From Mobula hypostoma (taxonomy: Eukaryota), in NCBI RefSeq assembly GCF_963921235.1, contig NC_086108.1, forward strand, positions 27,034,001 through 27,098,000: 64,000 bases of DNA, read 5' to 3'. The position numbers and the translations under genes are program-made. The notes beneath the pieces are model-generated. The model ran no database searches and was not told where the DNA came from. It was given only the letters and a program-made list of their open reading frames with translations. Each line of letters begins with the position of its first letter. The first letter of the stretch is position 1. Shown here one piece after another: positions 1-9,862 of the stretch.

Positions 1-140
1 TCCACTTACACTCATTTTGTTTTCCTCGCTTTCCTGGAGGTCAAGATGAACCTGGGTCAGCCGAGCTGTCTGGCAGCTCTTCTAGCGATGCCACAGCGGC
101 CCAATTTCAGGGTGAGTAACTGAATGGGCAAAATTGTACA

Positions 141-686
141 GAAGTTCAAAGATTCAAAGTACATATGTAATCAAAATATGTACACAGTATATAACCTTGA
201 GTTTCATTTTCCCCACAGACAGCCACGAAACTAAGAAAACCATGGAACCAGTTCAAAGAAAAATATCAAACCACTTCTCCTCCACACGCAAAAAAATAAA
301 ATGCGTGCAAATGGCATCAAAAAATATGAGCAAAACTCACAGAAAATAAAACACAAAATCAAAAGAGTCCATGCATATTCAGTTCAGCTCAGTGTTCATT
401 ATTTGCAGGCTGCCCTGATTCAACAACAGAAGGAGTGACCAGAAACCAGAAACACATTATTAATGTGAACTACAGAGTCCCAATCCACAAACCATATTGA
501 CTAAACCTTACCCAAGACCCAGGACTCCAGCGCAATCTTCTGACGGTATTGAGGGAGGGAAGGAGAGAGATAATGAGATCATGAGGCTGGTAGACGGTAC
601 CGAACACCTACTCACCTCAATGGTTTCAATCTTCCTCAGTGCTTTAATTGGCGAGCTCAATGAGAAATGAAGTGTGATTTTTAGAC
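141..686 (-). mobile_element. Degraded 3' end of a Rex1/Babar-type non-LTR or dependent non-autonomous retroelement
   Basis: Starts with an AAGTTCAAAGATTCAAAG tail-like repeat and resembles the other Rex1-type 3' ends in the window (e.g. 1915, 17269, 30676). No coding signal. Boundaries approximate. Confidence 0.4.
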
Positions 687-788
687 ATGCAAACAACAGG
701 AATTCTGCAGATGCTGGAAATTCAAGCAACACACATCAAAGTTGCTGGTGAATGCAGCAGGCCAGGCAGCATCTCTAGGAAGAGGTAC

Positions 789-824
789 AGTCGACGTTTC
801 AGGCCGAGACCCTTCGTCAGGACT
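789..824 (-). ncRNA. Minimal type I hammerhead ribozyme motif (PLE pLTR)
   Basis: Minus strand reads AGTC-CTGACGA-AGG gtctcgg CCT-GAAA-C-GTC-GACT: stem I AGTC/GACT, CUGANGA core, stem II AGG/CCT, GAAA, loopless palindromic stem III, GUC cleavage triplet. Confidence 0.85.
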
Positions 825-1184
825 AACTGAAGGAAGAGTTAGTAAGAGATTTGAAAGTGGGAGGGGGAGGGGGAGATCCAAAGTGATAGGAGAAGACAGG
901 AGCGGGAGGGATGGAGCCAAGAGCTGGACAGGTGATTGGCAAAGGGGATACGAGAGGATCATGGGACAGGAAGTCCGGGGAGAAAGACAAGGGCGGGGGG
1001 AACCAGAGGGTGGGCAAGGGGTATAGTCAGAGGGACAGAGGGAGAAAAAGGAGAGTGAGAGAAAGAATGTGTGTATAAAAATAAATAACGGATAGGGTAT
1101 GAGGGGGAGGTGGGGTATTAGAGAAGTCGATGTTCATCCCATCAGGTTGGAGGCTACCCAGACGGAATATAAGGTGTTGTTCCT

Positions 1185-1465
1185 GCGTCCGGTGCTCCCG
1201 ATGTGGCCTTCTATATATTGGCGAGACCCGACGCAGACTGGGAGACCGCTTTGCTGAATACCTATGCTCTGTCTGCCAGAGAAAGCAGGATCTCCCAGTG
1301 GCCACACATTTTAATTCCACATCCCATTCCCATTCTGACATGTCTATCCACGGCCTCCTCTACTGTAAAGATGAAGCCACACTCAGGTTGGAGGAACAAC
1401 ATCTTATATTCCGTCTGGGTAGCCTCCAACCTGATGGCATGAACATCGACTTCTCCAACTTCCTC
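1185..1465 (+). pseudogene. Penelope-like GIY-YIG endonuclease C-terminal fragment
   Basis: ORF 1130..1564 contains CVRCSRCGLLYIGETRRRLGDRFAE...VATHFN...LRLEEQHLIFRLGSLQPDGMN, the GIY-YIG motifs of PLE endonucleases. No RT domain is present. Confidence 0.88.
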
Positions 1466-1768
1466 GAATGCCCCACCTCCCCCTCGTACCCCATCCGTTC
1501 CGTTATTTATTTTTATACGCACATTCTTTCTCTCACTCTCCTTTTTCTCTCTCTGTCCCTCTGACTATACCCCTTGCCCAGCCTCTGGTCCCCCCCCCCA
1601 CCTTGTCTTTCTCCCCAGACCTCCTGTCCCATGATCCTCTCAAATCCCCTTTGCCAATCACCTGTCCAGCTCTTGGCTCCATCCCTCCCCCTCCTGTCTT
1701 CTCCTATCATTTTGGATCTCCCCCTCCCCCTCCCACTTTCAAATCTCTCACTAACTCTTCCTTCAGTT

Positions 1769-1804
1769 AGTCCTGATGAGGGGTCTCAGCCTGAAACGTC
1801 GACT
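1769..1804 (+). ncRNA. Minimal type I hammerhead ribozyme motif (PLE pLTR)
   Basis: AGTC-CTGATGA-GGG gtctcag CCT-GAAA-C-GTC-GACT; catalytic core intact. Confidence 0.82.
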
Positions 1805-2079
1805 GCACCTCTTCCTAGAGATGCTGTCTGGCCTGCTGCGTTCACCAGAAACTTTGATGTGTGTTGCTGTGATTTTTAGACCATTAGTTAAAATTTCAAA
1901 ATAAATTTACCACCAAAGTTCAATATACTACTTGAGATTCATTTTCTCACAGGCATTTACATGGAAAAAAGAAATACAATAGAATTCCATGAAAAACTAT
2001 ACATAAACAAAGACTGACAAGTAATCAATGTGCAAAAAGACAAATTCTTGAAATAACAAAAATCAAAAAACATAGGATT

Positions 2080-2662
2080 AGATGTTGATATCCCTTGTGC
2101 CAATGGGTCCTGTGCACTTGTTCGAGACTGCCTTGATATTGGGAATGGCATACGGTTGACATATAGGGGTTTTTAGGTGGGTACCCTCCTTCCACTACGT
2201 TTCATTGATTAGCCCATACATCTCCGGAGGGCTCTACAATGACTTCTCATATCCCAGAATCGTCCCCCTGTTGTGTCTTCCCACTCTTTTGATGCTATTT
2301 TGGAGCCCAGGAGAGCTCTTTGGATCAAGATTTCACTTGATTCATAGCTACTGACTGCTTCTTTCTGCCACTTCTGATGTGGCTATGATGGTTTGCCATA
2401 GAGGCTGACCTTGGAACCCTAACATATTTAGCAATTTGATGGTGGATTTGGCTATAAATCCTCTGCAACCCACTTTGGTTTTCCAGCCCCGTTGCTGAGC
2501 TTCAGCTACTAGATCTGCAGAGCAAAGCCTCTTCTACTCACATACTTCAGACACTGAAGCCTACCACAGGACTGTGAGTTCCACGAAGTAGACAATCTGT
2601 AATGAATTGGACCGGAGAACCAAGTCTGGCCTAAGGTTGATGGTAACAATTTCCAGTGGAAA
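2080..2662 (-). mobile_element. HERO-clade non-LTR retrotransposon 3' fragment (restriction-like endonuclease), pseudogenised
   Basis: Manual translation from 2662 downward: FPLEIVTINLRPDLVLRSNSLQIVYFVELTVLW*...DLVAEAQQRGWKTKVGCRGFIAKST...SEVAERSSQ*L*IK. The RPD...ELTV(P)W and GCRGF motifs are typical of the HERO RLE. In-frame stops keep it out of the ORF track. The 3' boundary is approximate. Confidence 0.8.
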
Positions 2663-2664
2663 GG

Positions 2665-3245
2665 TGAGACATGAGAAGCACGGAGGGACATCTTGAGAAA
2701 CTTCTGAAATGTCCGCTTTGCTGCTGCTGCTACTGTGTGATCAAGAATCTCTGGAGGGGAAGGCCCCAAATCCTCGGCTTTGCCTATTGCTTGGCGGCCG
2801 GGGCCGGGGTCGAAGCACTCGGCAGAGATGGTGCTCGGTGTTGGAGGGCTGGTCGGAGGCTCGAAGTTTTCGGAAGAACTAAAGAGTGGGCTGTGGTCGG
2901 GTGCTTCCAGGGTGCTGCATCGGCAAGTTTGCGGCACTGGAGGTTCATGGCAGGGAGAGTTTTTCTTCCTTCTACCGTCTGCGTGAGATGATGGGACTTT
3001 CGAGAGAATTGGAGACTATTTTTCCCGTGCCCATGGTCTGTTCTTTATCAAATTACGGGATTGCTTTGCACTGTTGTAACTGTATGTTATAATGATGTGG
3101 TTTTTGTCAGTTTTTCAGTCTTGGTCTGTCTTGTGTTTCTGTGATATCATACTGGAGGAACATTGTATCATTTCTTACTGCATGCATTAATAAATGACAA
3201 TAAAAGAGGACTGCGTGTCCTCATAATCTAATCTAATCTAATCTA
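2665..3245 (+). mobile_element. Non-autonomous retroelement, 5'-truncated copy (same family as 21918-22600), (AATCT)n tail
   Basis: Collinear similarity to about 22030-22600; ends in AATCTAATCTAATCTAATCT. Confidence 0.75.
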
Positions 3246-4609
3246 AAATTTACCTCAATTTAAATGACTAACTGCGAGCAGTTCCAATCAGTGCAGTTGT
3301 TATGAAATTAATCTTATTTCACTTCTTTTTGGAGTTACCAGTATATCTGTGTACTGTCTGATGCATGACTCTGGTGTTTGATTTTGTGACCTGGAAGTTA
3401 TTTCTTCTCAATAATTAAGGATCCAAGGTAGTGATCATCTGTTGTCTCTTCCCTGAAGCTTATACACTCTTTTTCAGGGAAAAGACTGGGTGAACTTTAT
3501 GGTCTAAATTCACCAGATAGAAAGATTGCAATCGGTAGGGGTAACTACTGTGGTAGAGAATAAAATTGCATAAAGCTGAGAGCCTGTGGCTATGATTGAT
3601 GGATATCATGAAACATTTGGGAAAAAAAACTCGGTACACAAAAGTGATAGTGTGCGCTTGATATATCAGAATGCTTGTAAGATGGGATCTGTTTTCCATA
3701 AGGACTGCATATGTTATCTACTATGTGGTAGACTTATGAAGGGACATAAAAAATACACTCTTGATGGAGAACAAATCCATACCTGTAGCGAAGGTAATAT
3801 AATAATCTTCTTGTAGATTTGGAGTCAAATTAGCAAATATGTTTTTGAGGATGAGCTCACAGAAAGCATTGATTACAAATTCCTGGGGTGAAACTGTAAT
3901 GGACCCAGATAAGGATCTGGTTCTCCTGCATTATTCCTGTATGATAAGACAGAGTTAATTAGTAATCATAGTTAGGCAACCTCAAAAGAAAAAAAATATA
4001 TTACTGACATAATGATGTTTTTAGCTTAAGAATGACGTGTTTTATTTATAAATGAATGAAACTAATCACGTAAAGGGAGCAATTCTGTTAAGGCAGTTCA
4101 AGAAGACAGCGTAAAATTTATAGATATAAAAAACCAAGAAATATTCAATTTTTTTTACAAATGAATATCTTATTAGGAAATCTAAAAAAGCATTGCAAAG
4201 TGATTCATCCAGGACTATCAAGAGGTTAAAGAGAGTATTTGCTAAAAAGAGGCTGATAATGCCTGTAGGAAGAATTGAGAGTTTTGGAAGACAGAAATAG
4301 ATAGCCACAAATTGGAAATCAATGGAATTAGAATTGGTCTGTTATTGTCATACATTCCATAAGACAATAAAAAAGTATCCAGAGTCAATGTTGATTTTAT
4401 AAAAGTTCTTTGCCACCACCAAAGATCCAGTCTACCTCTTCCCAATTTTGAAGTGTAATCTCATATTACTATCTGACTCCATACGAATATACAAATCTCT
4501 GTTTCATAACTCCTCATGTTTATTTTGTCTTGTTAGATGTTTTGGAGTGCTAAATACCTGAGCCATTGTGGATAATTGCAATAGCAATGTTCCAAAATGG
4601 ACTATTGTT

Positions 4610-5030
4610 TTGGGTTGCATGGCGGGGTAGAGATATGTCTCCGCCAAAATAGTGCCCTCCTTTGGGTAGGGGTAGCACTTGCTTACCCCATCTGACTGTA
4701 GGAAGAATCAGGAGATTTGGAAGGCAGCAATAGATAGCCACAAATTGGAAATCAATGGTCACGTGAAGCAATGGGAGCAGGTTATATGAGCAGCTGGTAC
4801 ATATCACAAGTCCTGGTTATGTATCTACTGATGACAGGCAGACAAGCTCTGAAGAACATTGATAGCGGCTGGGGTCATCTGTCTTGTAAAGACATTGCCC
4901 AGAAGGAGGCAATGGTAAATCAATGTCAAGCCAATTCTGTAGAAAAAATTGCCAAGAACAATCATAGTCGTGGAAAGACGATGGATTGCCTACATCATAC
5001 GATATGGCACATAACAAATGGGTGAAGACA
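4610..5030 (+). mobile_element. RTE-dependent non-autonomous element/SINE (same family as 58677-59075)
   Basis: Collinear with 58677-59075 (GGGGTAGCAC..GCTTA, CAGCTGGTACAT, GGCAGACAA.CTCTG, GCAATGG.AAA...TTCTGTAGAAAAA). The GAAGGCAATGGCAAACC-like motif resembles RTE-derived SINE ends. Confidence 0.6.
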
Positions 5031-5612
5031 TAAAAAGAAAGCTGAAATTATAGAAAGAAACAGCATGGGTAAATTGGCACCAAAGCTCTCCAGCTGATAT
5101 TTAGTTACCTCCCAGAAATTATATCATTTCAAAACAATCTTATTTGCTGCAACGGACTTTAAAATGTCCCAAGGTCATGAATTACGATGAATAAGTGCAA
5201 AATGCTTTCCTTCATTTATAAGAATACTGGTGGCTGCTTTTATAGTCCTTTCCTGTGAAGTTGTTAATTGTGGGGTTGATATAACATAAGGTCAATGCAT
5301 TATTTTACTATTTCTCAATCATAATCTGTAGGAATTGTTTTGGATTAGATACAAGCTGAGCAATGTTTGACACAACATAAGAAAATATGAGCAGGAGTAG
5401 GATACTTAACCCTTCTGATCCATTTGAACATAGCTGATGTGTCCCAGGCCTCATCAGACCTCCTCTTCTGTGCCAGTTCCACATAAACTTTAATTTCCAT
5501 GCAGTATCTACTTCCTTTTTAAATAACTCCATTGATTTAGTTGTCATCCAAGACAGACAATTCCTGTAATTTACCACAAAGGAAAGGGTTGCAGCAAGAG
5601 ATTGATCTAAAC

Positions 5613-5691
5613 CAGGGATTCCCAAATGCCTTTATGCATGGAGACTTACCATTAAGCATGGGGTCCATGAGCCACAGTTTGGGAACCCTTG
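5613..5691. mobile_element. Tiny hAT (Buster/Charlie-type) MITE
   Basis: TIRs CAGGGATTCCCAA...TTGGGAACCCTTG; flanking 8-mers ATCTAAAC/GTCTAAAA (nnnTAnnn TSD pattern). Confidence 0.6.
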
Positions 5692-5704
5692 GTCTAAAAG
5701 ATGA

Positions 5705-6205
5705 AAGATGCATCATGACCTGATATGGCAATTCCAATGCACATGAGGGAAAGAGGCTGCAGCCAGTCGAGACAGTCTGGTCCATCACGGGCACAGCCTT
5801 TCTCACCATTGACTATATCTACAGCAGATGCTGCCTCAAGAAGGTGGCATCTGTCATTGAGGATCTCCACCATCAAGGTCATGTCTTCTCCTTGTTGCTG
5901 CCATTGAGAAGGGAAACATAAAGTCTCCACCATTAGTTTAAGGAACAGCTATTCTCCTACAGCCTTCACATTCTGGCAATGAACTGCACAACATTAATCC
6001 TGCCTGAGCAATTGAACACAATGGACCACCTCTTGCACTACCATTGCCTCCACTCTGATTGTGTCTTTGTTTTTTTTTGCACTAGCATCTTGTTTCTGCT
6101 GTCTTTTTCTATTCTCTATCTCTTCACTTATCTTCAGTGTCTTGTGTACCTATGTGCCTCTGATACTCTGCTAACAAAGCTTTCATTGTAACTTGACAAT
6201 CAACA
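5705..6205 (+). mobile_element. Rex1/Babar LINE 3' fragment
   Basis: Degenerate match to the C-terminus of the Rex1-like ORF at 59999-61504 (IKDxxHPxHxLFxLLP-type segment), followed by a T-rich 3' UTR. Confidence 0.6.
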
Positions 6206-6269
6206 GTATGTTAGTAGATAGTAGGAGTGTTTATTTATTTGTTTGTTTGTTTTTTGTTTATTTTTCTTT

Positions 6270-6438
6270 ATTGAGATTTAGTGCAGAATAGCCACTTCTG
6301 ACCCTTTGAGCCATGCCACCCAGCAACCCCTGATTAAACCGTAGCCTAATCATGGGACAATTTACAATGATCAATTGGTACATCTTTGGAGGAAACTGGA
6401 GCATTCAGAGGAAACCCATACGATCTCAGGGAGAACGA
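6270..6438 (-). mobile_element. V-SINE-like fragment
   Basis: GGGACAATTTACAATGA...GGAAACTGGAGCA...GAGGAAACCCA...CAGGGAGAAC, the reverse complement of the V-domain; sibling of 30830-31095. Confidence 0.55.
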
Positions 6439-7725
6439 TAGTTAAGAAACTGCAAGGGTAAAAGGACATTGATGGCAATTATATACAGGCCTCCTAACTG
6501 TGACTTGGAGGTGGACTACAGATTACAACAGGAAATGGCAAAAGCAAGTCAAAAGGGCAATGTTATGGTAGTCATGGGAGATTTTAACATGCAGATCAAT
6601 TGGGAAAATCAGGCTGGTAATGGATCTTAAGAGAGTGAGTTTGTTGAATGTCTAAGAGATGGCTTTTTAGAGCAGTTTGTCATTGAGCCTACTAGGGGAT
6701 CAGCTATACTGGATTGGGTGTTATGTAATGAACCGGAGGGCGATTAGGGAGCTTACGGTAAAAGAACCCTCAGGAACCAGTGTTCACAATATGATAGAGT
6801 TCAACTTGAAATTTGATAGGGAGAAAGTAAAGTCTGATACAGAATATTTCATAGAAACATAGAAACATAGAAAATAGGTGCAGAAGTGGGCCATTCGGCC
6901 CTTCGAGCCTGCACCGCCATTCAGTATGATCATGGCTGATCATCCAACTCAGAACCCTGTACCAACCTTCCCTCCATACCCCCTGATCCCTTTAGCCACA
7001 AGAGCCATATCTAACTCCCTCTTAAATATAGCCAATGAACTGGCCTCAACTGTTTCCTGTGGCAGAGAATTCCACAGATTCACCACTCTCTGTGTGAAGA
7101 AATTTTTCCTAATCTCGGTCCTAAAAGACTTCCCCTTTATCCTCAAACTGTGACCCCTCGTTCTGGACTTCCCCAACATCGGGAACAATCTTCCTGCATC
7201 TAGCCTGTCCAATCCCTTTAGGATTTTATACATTTCAATCAGATCCCCCCTCAATCTTCTAAATTCCAATGAGTATAAGCCTAGTTCATCCAGTCTTCCA
7301 TCATATGAAAGTCCTGCCATCCCAGGAATCAATCTGGTGAACCTTCTTTGTACTCCCTCTATGGCAAGGATGTCTTTCCTCAGATTAGGGGACCAAAACT
7401 GCACACAATATTCCAGGTGTGGTCTCACCAAGGCCTTGTACAACTGCAGTAGTACCTCCCTGCTCCTGTACTCGAATCTTCTTGCTATAAATGCCAGCAT
7501 ACCATTCGCCTTTTTCACTGCCTGCTGTACCTGCATGCCCACTTTCAATGACTGGTGTATAATGATACCCAGGTCTCGTTGCACCTCCCCTTTTCCTAAT
7601 CGGCCACCATTCAGATAATTTAAATGCAAACAACAGGAATTTTGCAGATGCTGGAAATTCAAGCAACATACATCAAAGTTGCTGGTGAACGCAGCAGGCC
7701 AAGCAGCATCTATAGGAAGAGGGGC

Positions 7726-7761
7726 AGTCGACGTTTCAGGCCAAGACCCTTCGTCAGGACT
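7726..7761 (-). ncRNA. Minimal type I hammerhead ribozyme motif
   Basis: AGTC-CTGACGA-AGG gtcttgg CCT-GAAA-C-GTC-GACT on the minus strand. Confidence 0.85.
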
Positions 7762-8058
7762 AACTGAAGGAAGAGTGAGTAAGGGATTTGAAAGCTGGAG
7801 GGGGAGGGGAAGATGCAAAATGATAGGAGAAGACAGGAGGGGGAGGGATGGAGCCGAGAGCTGGACAGGTGATAGGCAAAAGGGGATACGAGAGGATGAT
7901 GGGACAGGAGGTCCAGGAAGAAAGACAAGGAGTGGGGGGTGACCCAGAGGATGGGCAAGAGGTATATTCAGAGGGACAGAGGGAGAAAAAGGAGAGTGAG
8001 GGAAAGAATGTGAGCATAAAAATGAGTAACAGATGGGGTACGAGGGGGAGGTGGGGCC

Positions 8059-8451
8059 TTAGCGGAAGTTAGAGAAGTCGATGTTCATGCCATCAGGTTG
8101 GAGGCTACCCAGACAGAATATAAGGTGTTATTCCTCCAACCTGAGTGTGGCTTCATCTTTACAGTAGAGGAGGCCGTGGATAGACATGTCAGAATGGGAA
8201 TGGGAAGTGGAATTAAAATGTGTGGCCACTGGGAGATCCTGCTTTCTCTGGCGGACAGAGCGTAGATGTTCAGCAAAGCGGTCTCCCAGTCTGCGTGGGG
8301 TCTCACCAATATATAAAAGGCCACATCGGGAGCACCGGACGCAGTATATCACCCCAGTCGACTCACAGGTGAAGTGATGCCTCATCTGGAAGGACTGTTT
8401 GGGGCCCTGAATGGTGGTAAGGGAGGAAGTGTAAGGGCATGTGTAGCACAT
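8059..8451 (-). pseudogene. Penelope-like GIY-YIG endonuclease fragment with upstream Cys motif
   Basis: CYTCPY...HFTCESTGVIYCVRCSRCGLLYIGET...LRLEE* (premature stop at 8128), then HLIFCLGSLQPDGMNIDFSNFR*. Confidence 0.88.
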
Positions 8452-8591
8452 GTGGATCCTCTCGTATCCCCTTTTGCCTATCACCTGTCCAGCTCTCGGC
8501 TCTATCCCTCCTCCTCCTGTCTTCTCCTATCATTTTGCATCTCCCCCTCCCCCTCCAGCTTTCAAATCCCTTACTCACTCTTCCTTCAGTT

Positions 8592-8627
8592 AGTCCTGAC
8601 GAAGGGTCTCGGCCTGAAACGTCGACT
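8592..8627 (+). ncRNA. Minimal type I hammerhead ribozyme motif
   Basis: AGTC-CTGACGA-AGG gtctcgg CCT-GAAA-C-GTC-GACT. Confidence 0.85.
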
Positions 8628-9569
8628 GCACCTCTTCCTATAGATGCTGCTTGGCCTGCTGCGTTCACCAGCAACTTTGATGTATGTTACCATTCAAATA
8701 ATAATCTGTTTTCCTGTTTTTGCCACCAAAGTGGATAACTTCACAGTTATCCACATTAAATTGCATCTGCCATGAATTTGCCCACTCACCTAACCTATCC
8801 AAGTCACCCTGCATCCTCTTAGCATCCTCCTCACAGCTAACACTGCCACCCAGCTTCGTGTCATCCGCAAACTTGGAGATGCTGCATTTATTTCCCTCAT
8901 CCAAGTCATTAATATATATTGTAAACAACTGGGGTCCCAGCACTGAGCCTTGCAGTACCCACTAGTCACTGCCTGCCATTCTGAAAAGGTCCCGTTTATT
9001 CCCACTCTTTGCTTCCTGTCTGCCAACCAATTCTCTATCCACATCAATACCTTACCCCCAATACTGTGTGCTTTAAGTTTGCACACTAATCTCCTGTGGA
9101 GTAAGGGTAATTATAGTGGTATGAGAGAAGAATTGGCCAAAGTAATTTAGAAGGAGCTGCTGGCAGGGATGTCAGCAGAGCAGCAATGGTGTGTGTTTCT
9201 GGGAAAAATGAGGATGGTGCAGGACACGTGTATTCGAAAAATGAAGAAATACTCAAATGGTAAAATAGTATAACCGTGGCTGTCAAGGGAAGTCAAAGCT
9301 ATTGTAAAAGCAAAAGAAAGGGCAGACAACAAAGCTGAAGCTAGTGGGAAGATAGAGGATTGCGAAGTTTTTAAAAACCTACAGACAGCAACTAAAAAAA
9401 TCATTAAAAGGGAAAAGATGAAATACCAAAGCAAGCTAGCAAATAACATCAAAGTGGATAGTAAAAGTTTTTTTCAAGTATGTTAAAAATAAAATAGAAA
9501 TGAGAGTGGACATAGGACCACTGGAAAATGAGACAGGAGAAATAATAATGAGGGACAAGGAGTTGGCTG

Positions 9570-9862
9570 TGTGGCACGTGGCCAAGTGGTTAGGACGTTG
9601 GACTAGCGATCTGAAGGTTGTGGTTCTGAGCCTCAGCTGAGGCAGCGTGTGTGCCCTTGAGCAAGGCACTTAACCACACATTGCTCCAGTCTACCCAGCT
9701 GAGAATGGTACCGGCAAAAATGCTGGGGGTTAACCTTGCGATAGACTGGCGTCCTATCGGGGAGTGGGGGGAGTCTTGTACTCTCTGTCGCTTCATGCCA
9801 AGGAAACCGGCATAAGCACTGGCCGGATGGGCCACAAGGCTTGTGACAAGACTTTAATCTAA
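9570..9862 (+). mobile_element. tRNA-derived SINE with MetaSINE-like central domain
   Basis: A-box-like TGGCCAAGTGG and degenerate B-box, then CCCTTGAGCAAGGCACTTAACC...CTACCCAGCTGAGAATGGTACCGGC. 15-bp TSD ACAAGGAG(T/A)TGGCTG at 9555-9569 and 9863-9877. Confidence 0.8.

Larger units (their letters stand above)
687..1867. mobile_element. Palindromic (head-to-head) Penelope-like element insertion #1
   Basis: Left arm 687-1184 is the reverse complement of the 3' part of the right arm (1183-1867). The right arm encodes the GIY-YIG endonuclease C-terminus. Perfect 14-bp TSD TGTGATTTTTAGAC at 673-686 and 1868-1881. Confidence 0.92.
7620..8688. mobile_element. Palindromic Penelope-like element insertion #2
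   Basis: Long minus arm 7624-8452 (GIY-YIG coding) and short plus arm about 8457-8688. TSD ACCATTCAGATAAT (7606-7619) / ACCATTCAAATAAT (8689-8702); the sibling CR1 has this 14-mer only once (35166-35179). Confidence 0.92.
6851..9095 (-). mobile_element. Younger CR1 LINE, 5'-truncated, (TAGAAACA)n tail; itself interrupted by PLE palindrome #2
   Basis: RT motifs (FADDTKLGG; RPHLEYCVQFWSP) in ORFs 8665..8943 and 6949..7818; 8-bp tail repeat at 6851-6872; near-identical to 34413-36988. Confidence 0.92.

Noticed and set aside
681..1026. Recurrent Pro/Leu-rich and Gly/Arg-rich ORFs (SVSPDEGSRPETST; GRDPSSGLTEGR) as a small protein family
   Set aside because: They are translations of the non-coding pLTR. 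The apparently conserved peptide PDEGSRPETS is the hammerhead core read as codons.
6949..7818. 289-aa ORF as a gene
   Set aside because: Chimeric: the first 66 aa or so are read from the PLE pLTR, and the rest is the CR1 RT C-terminus.
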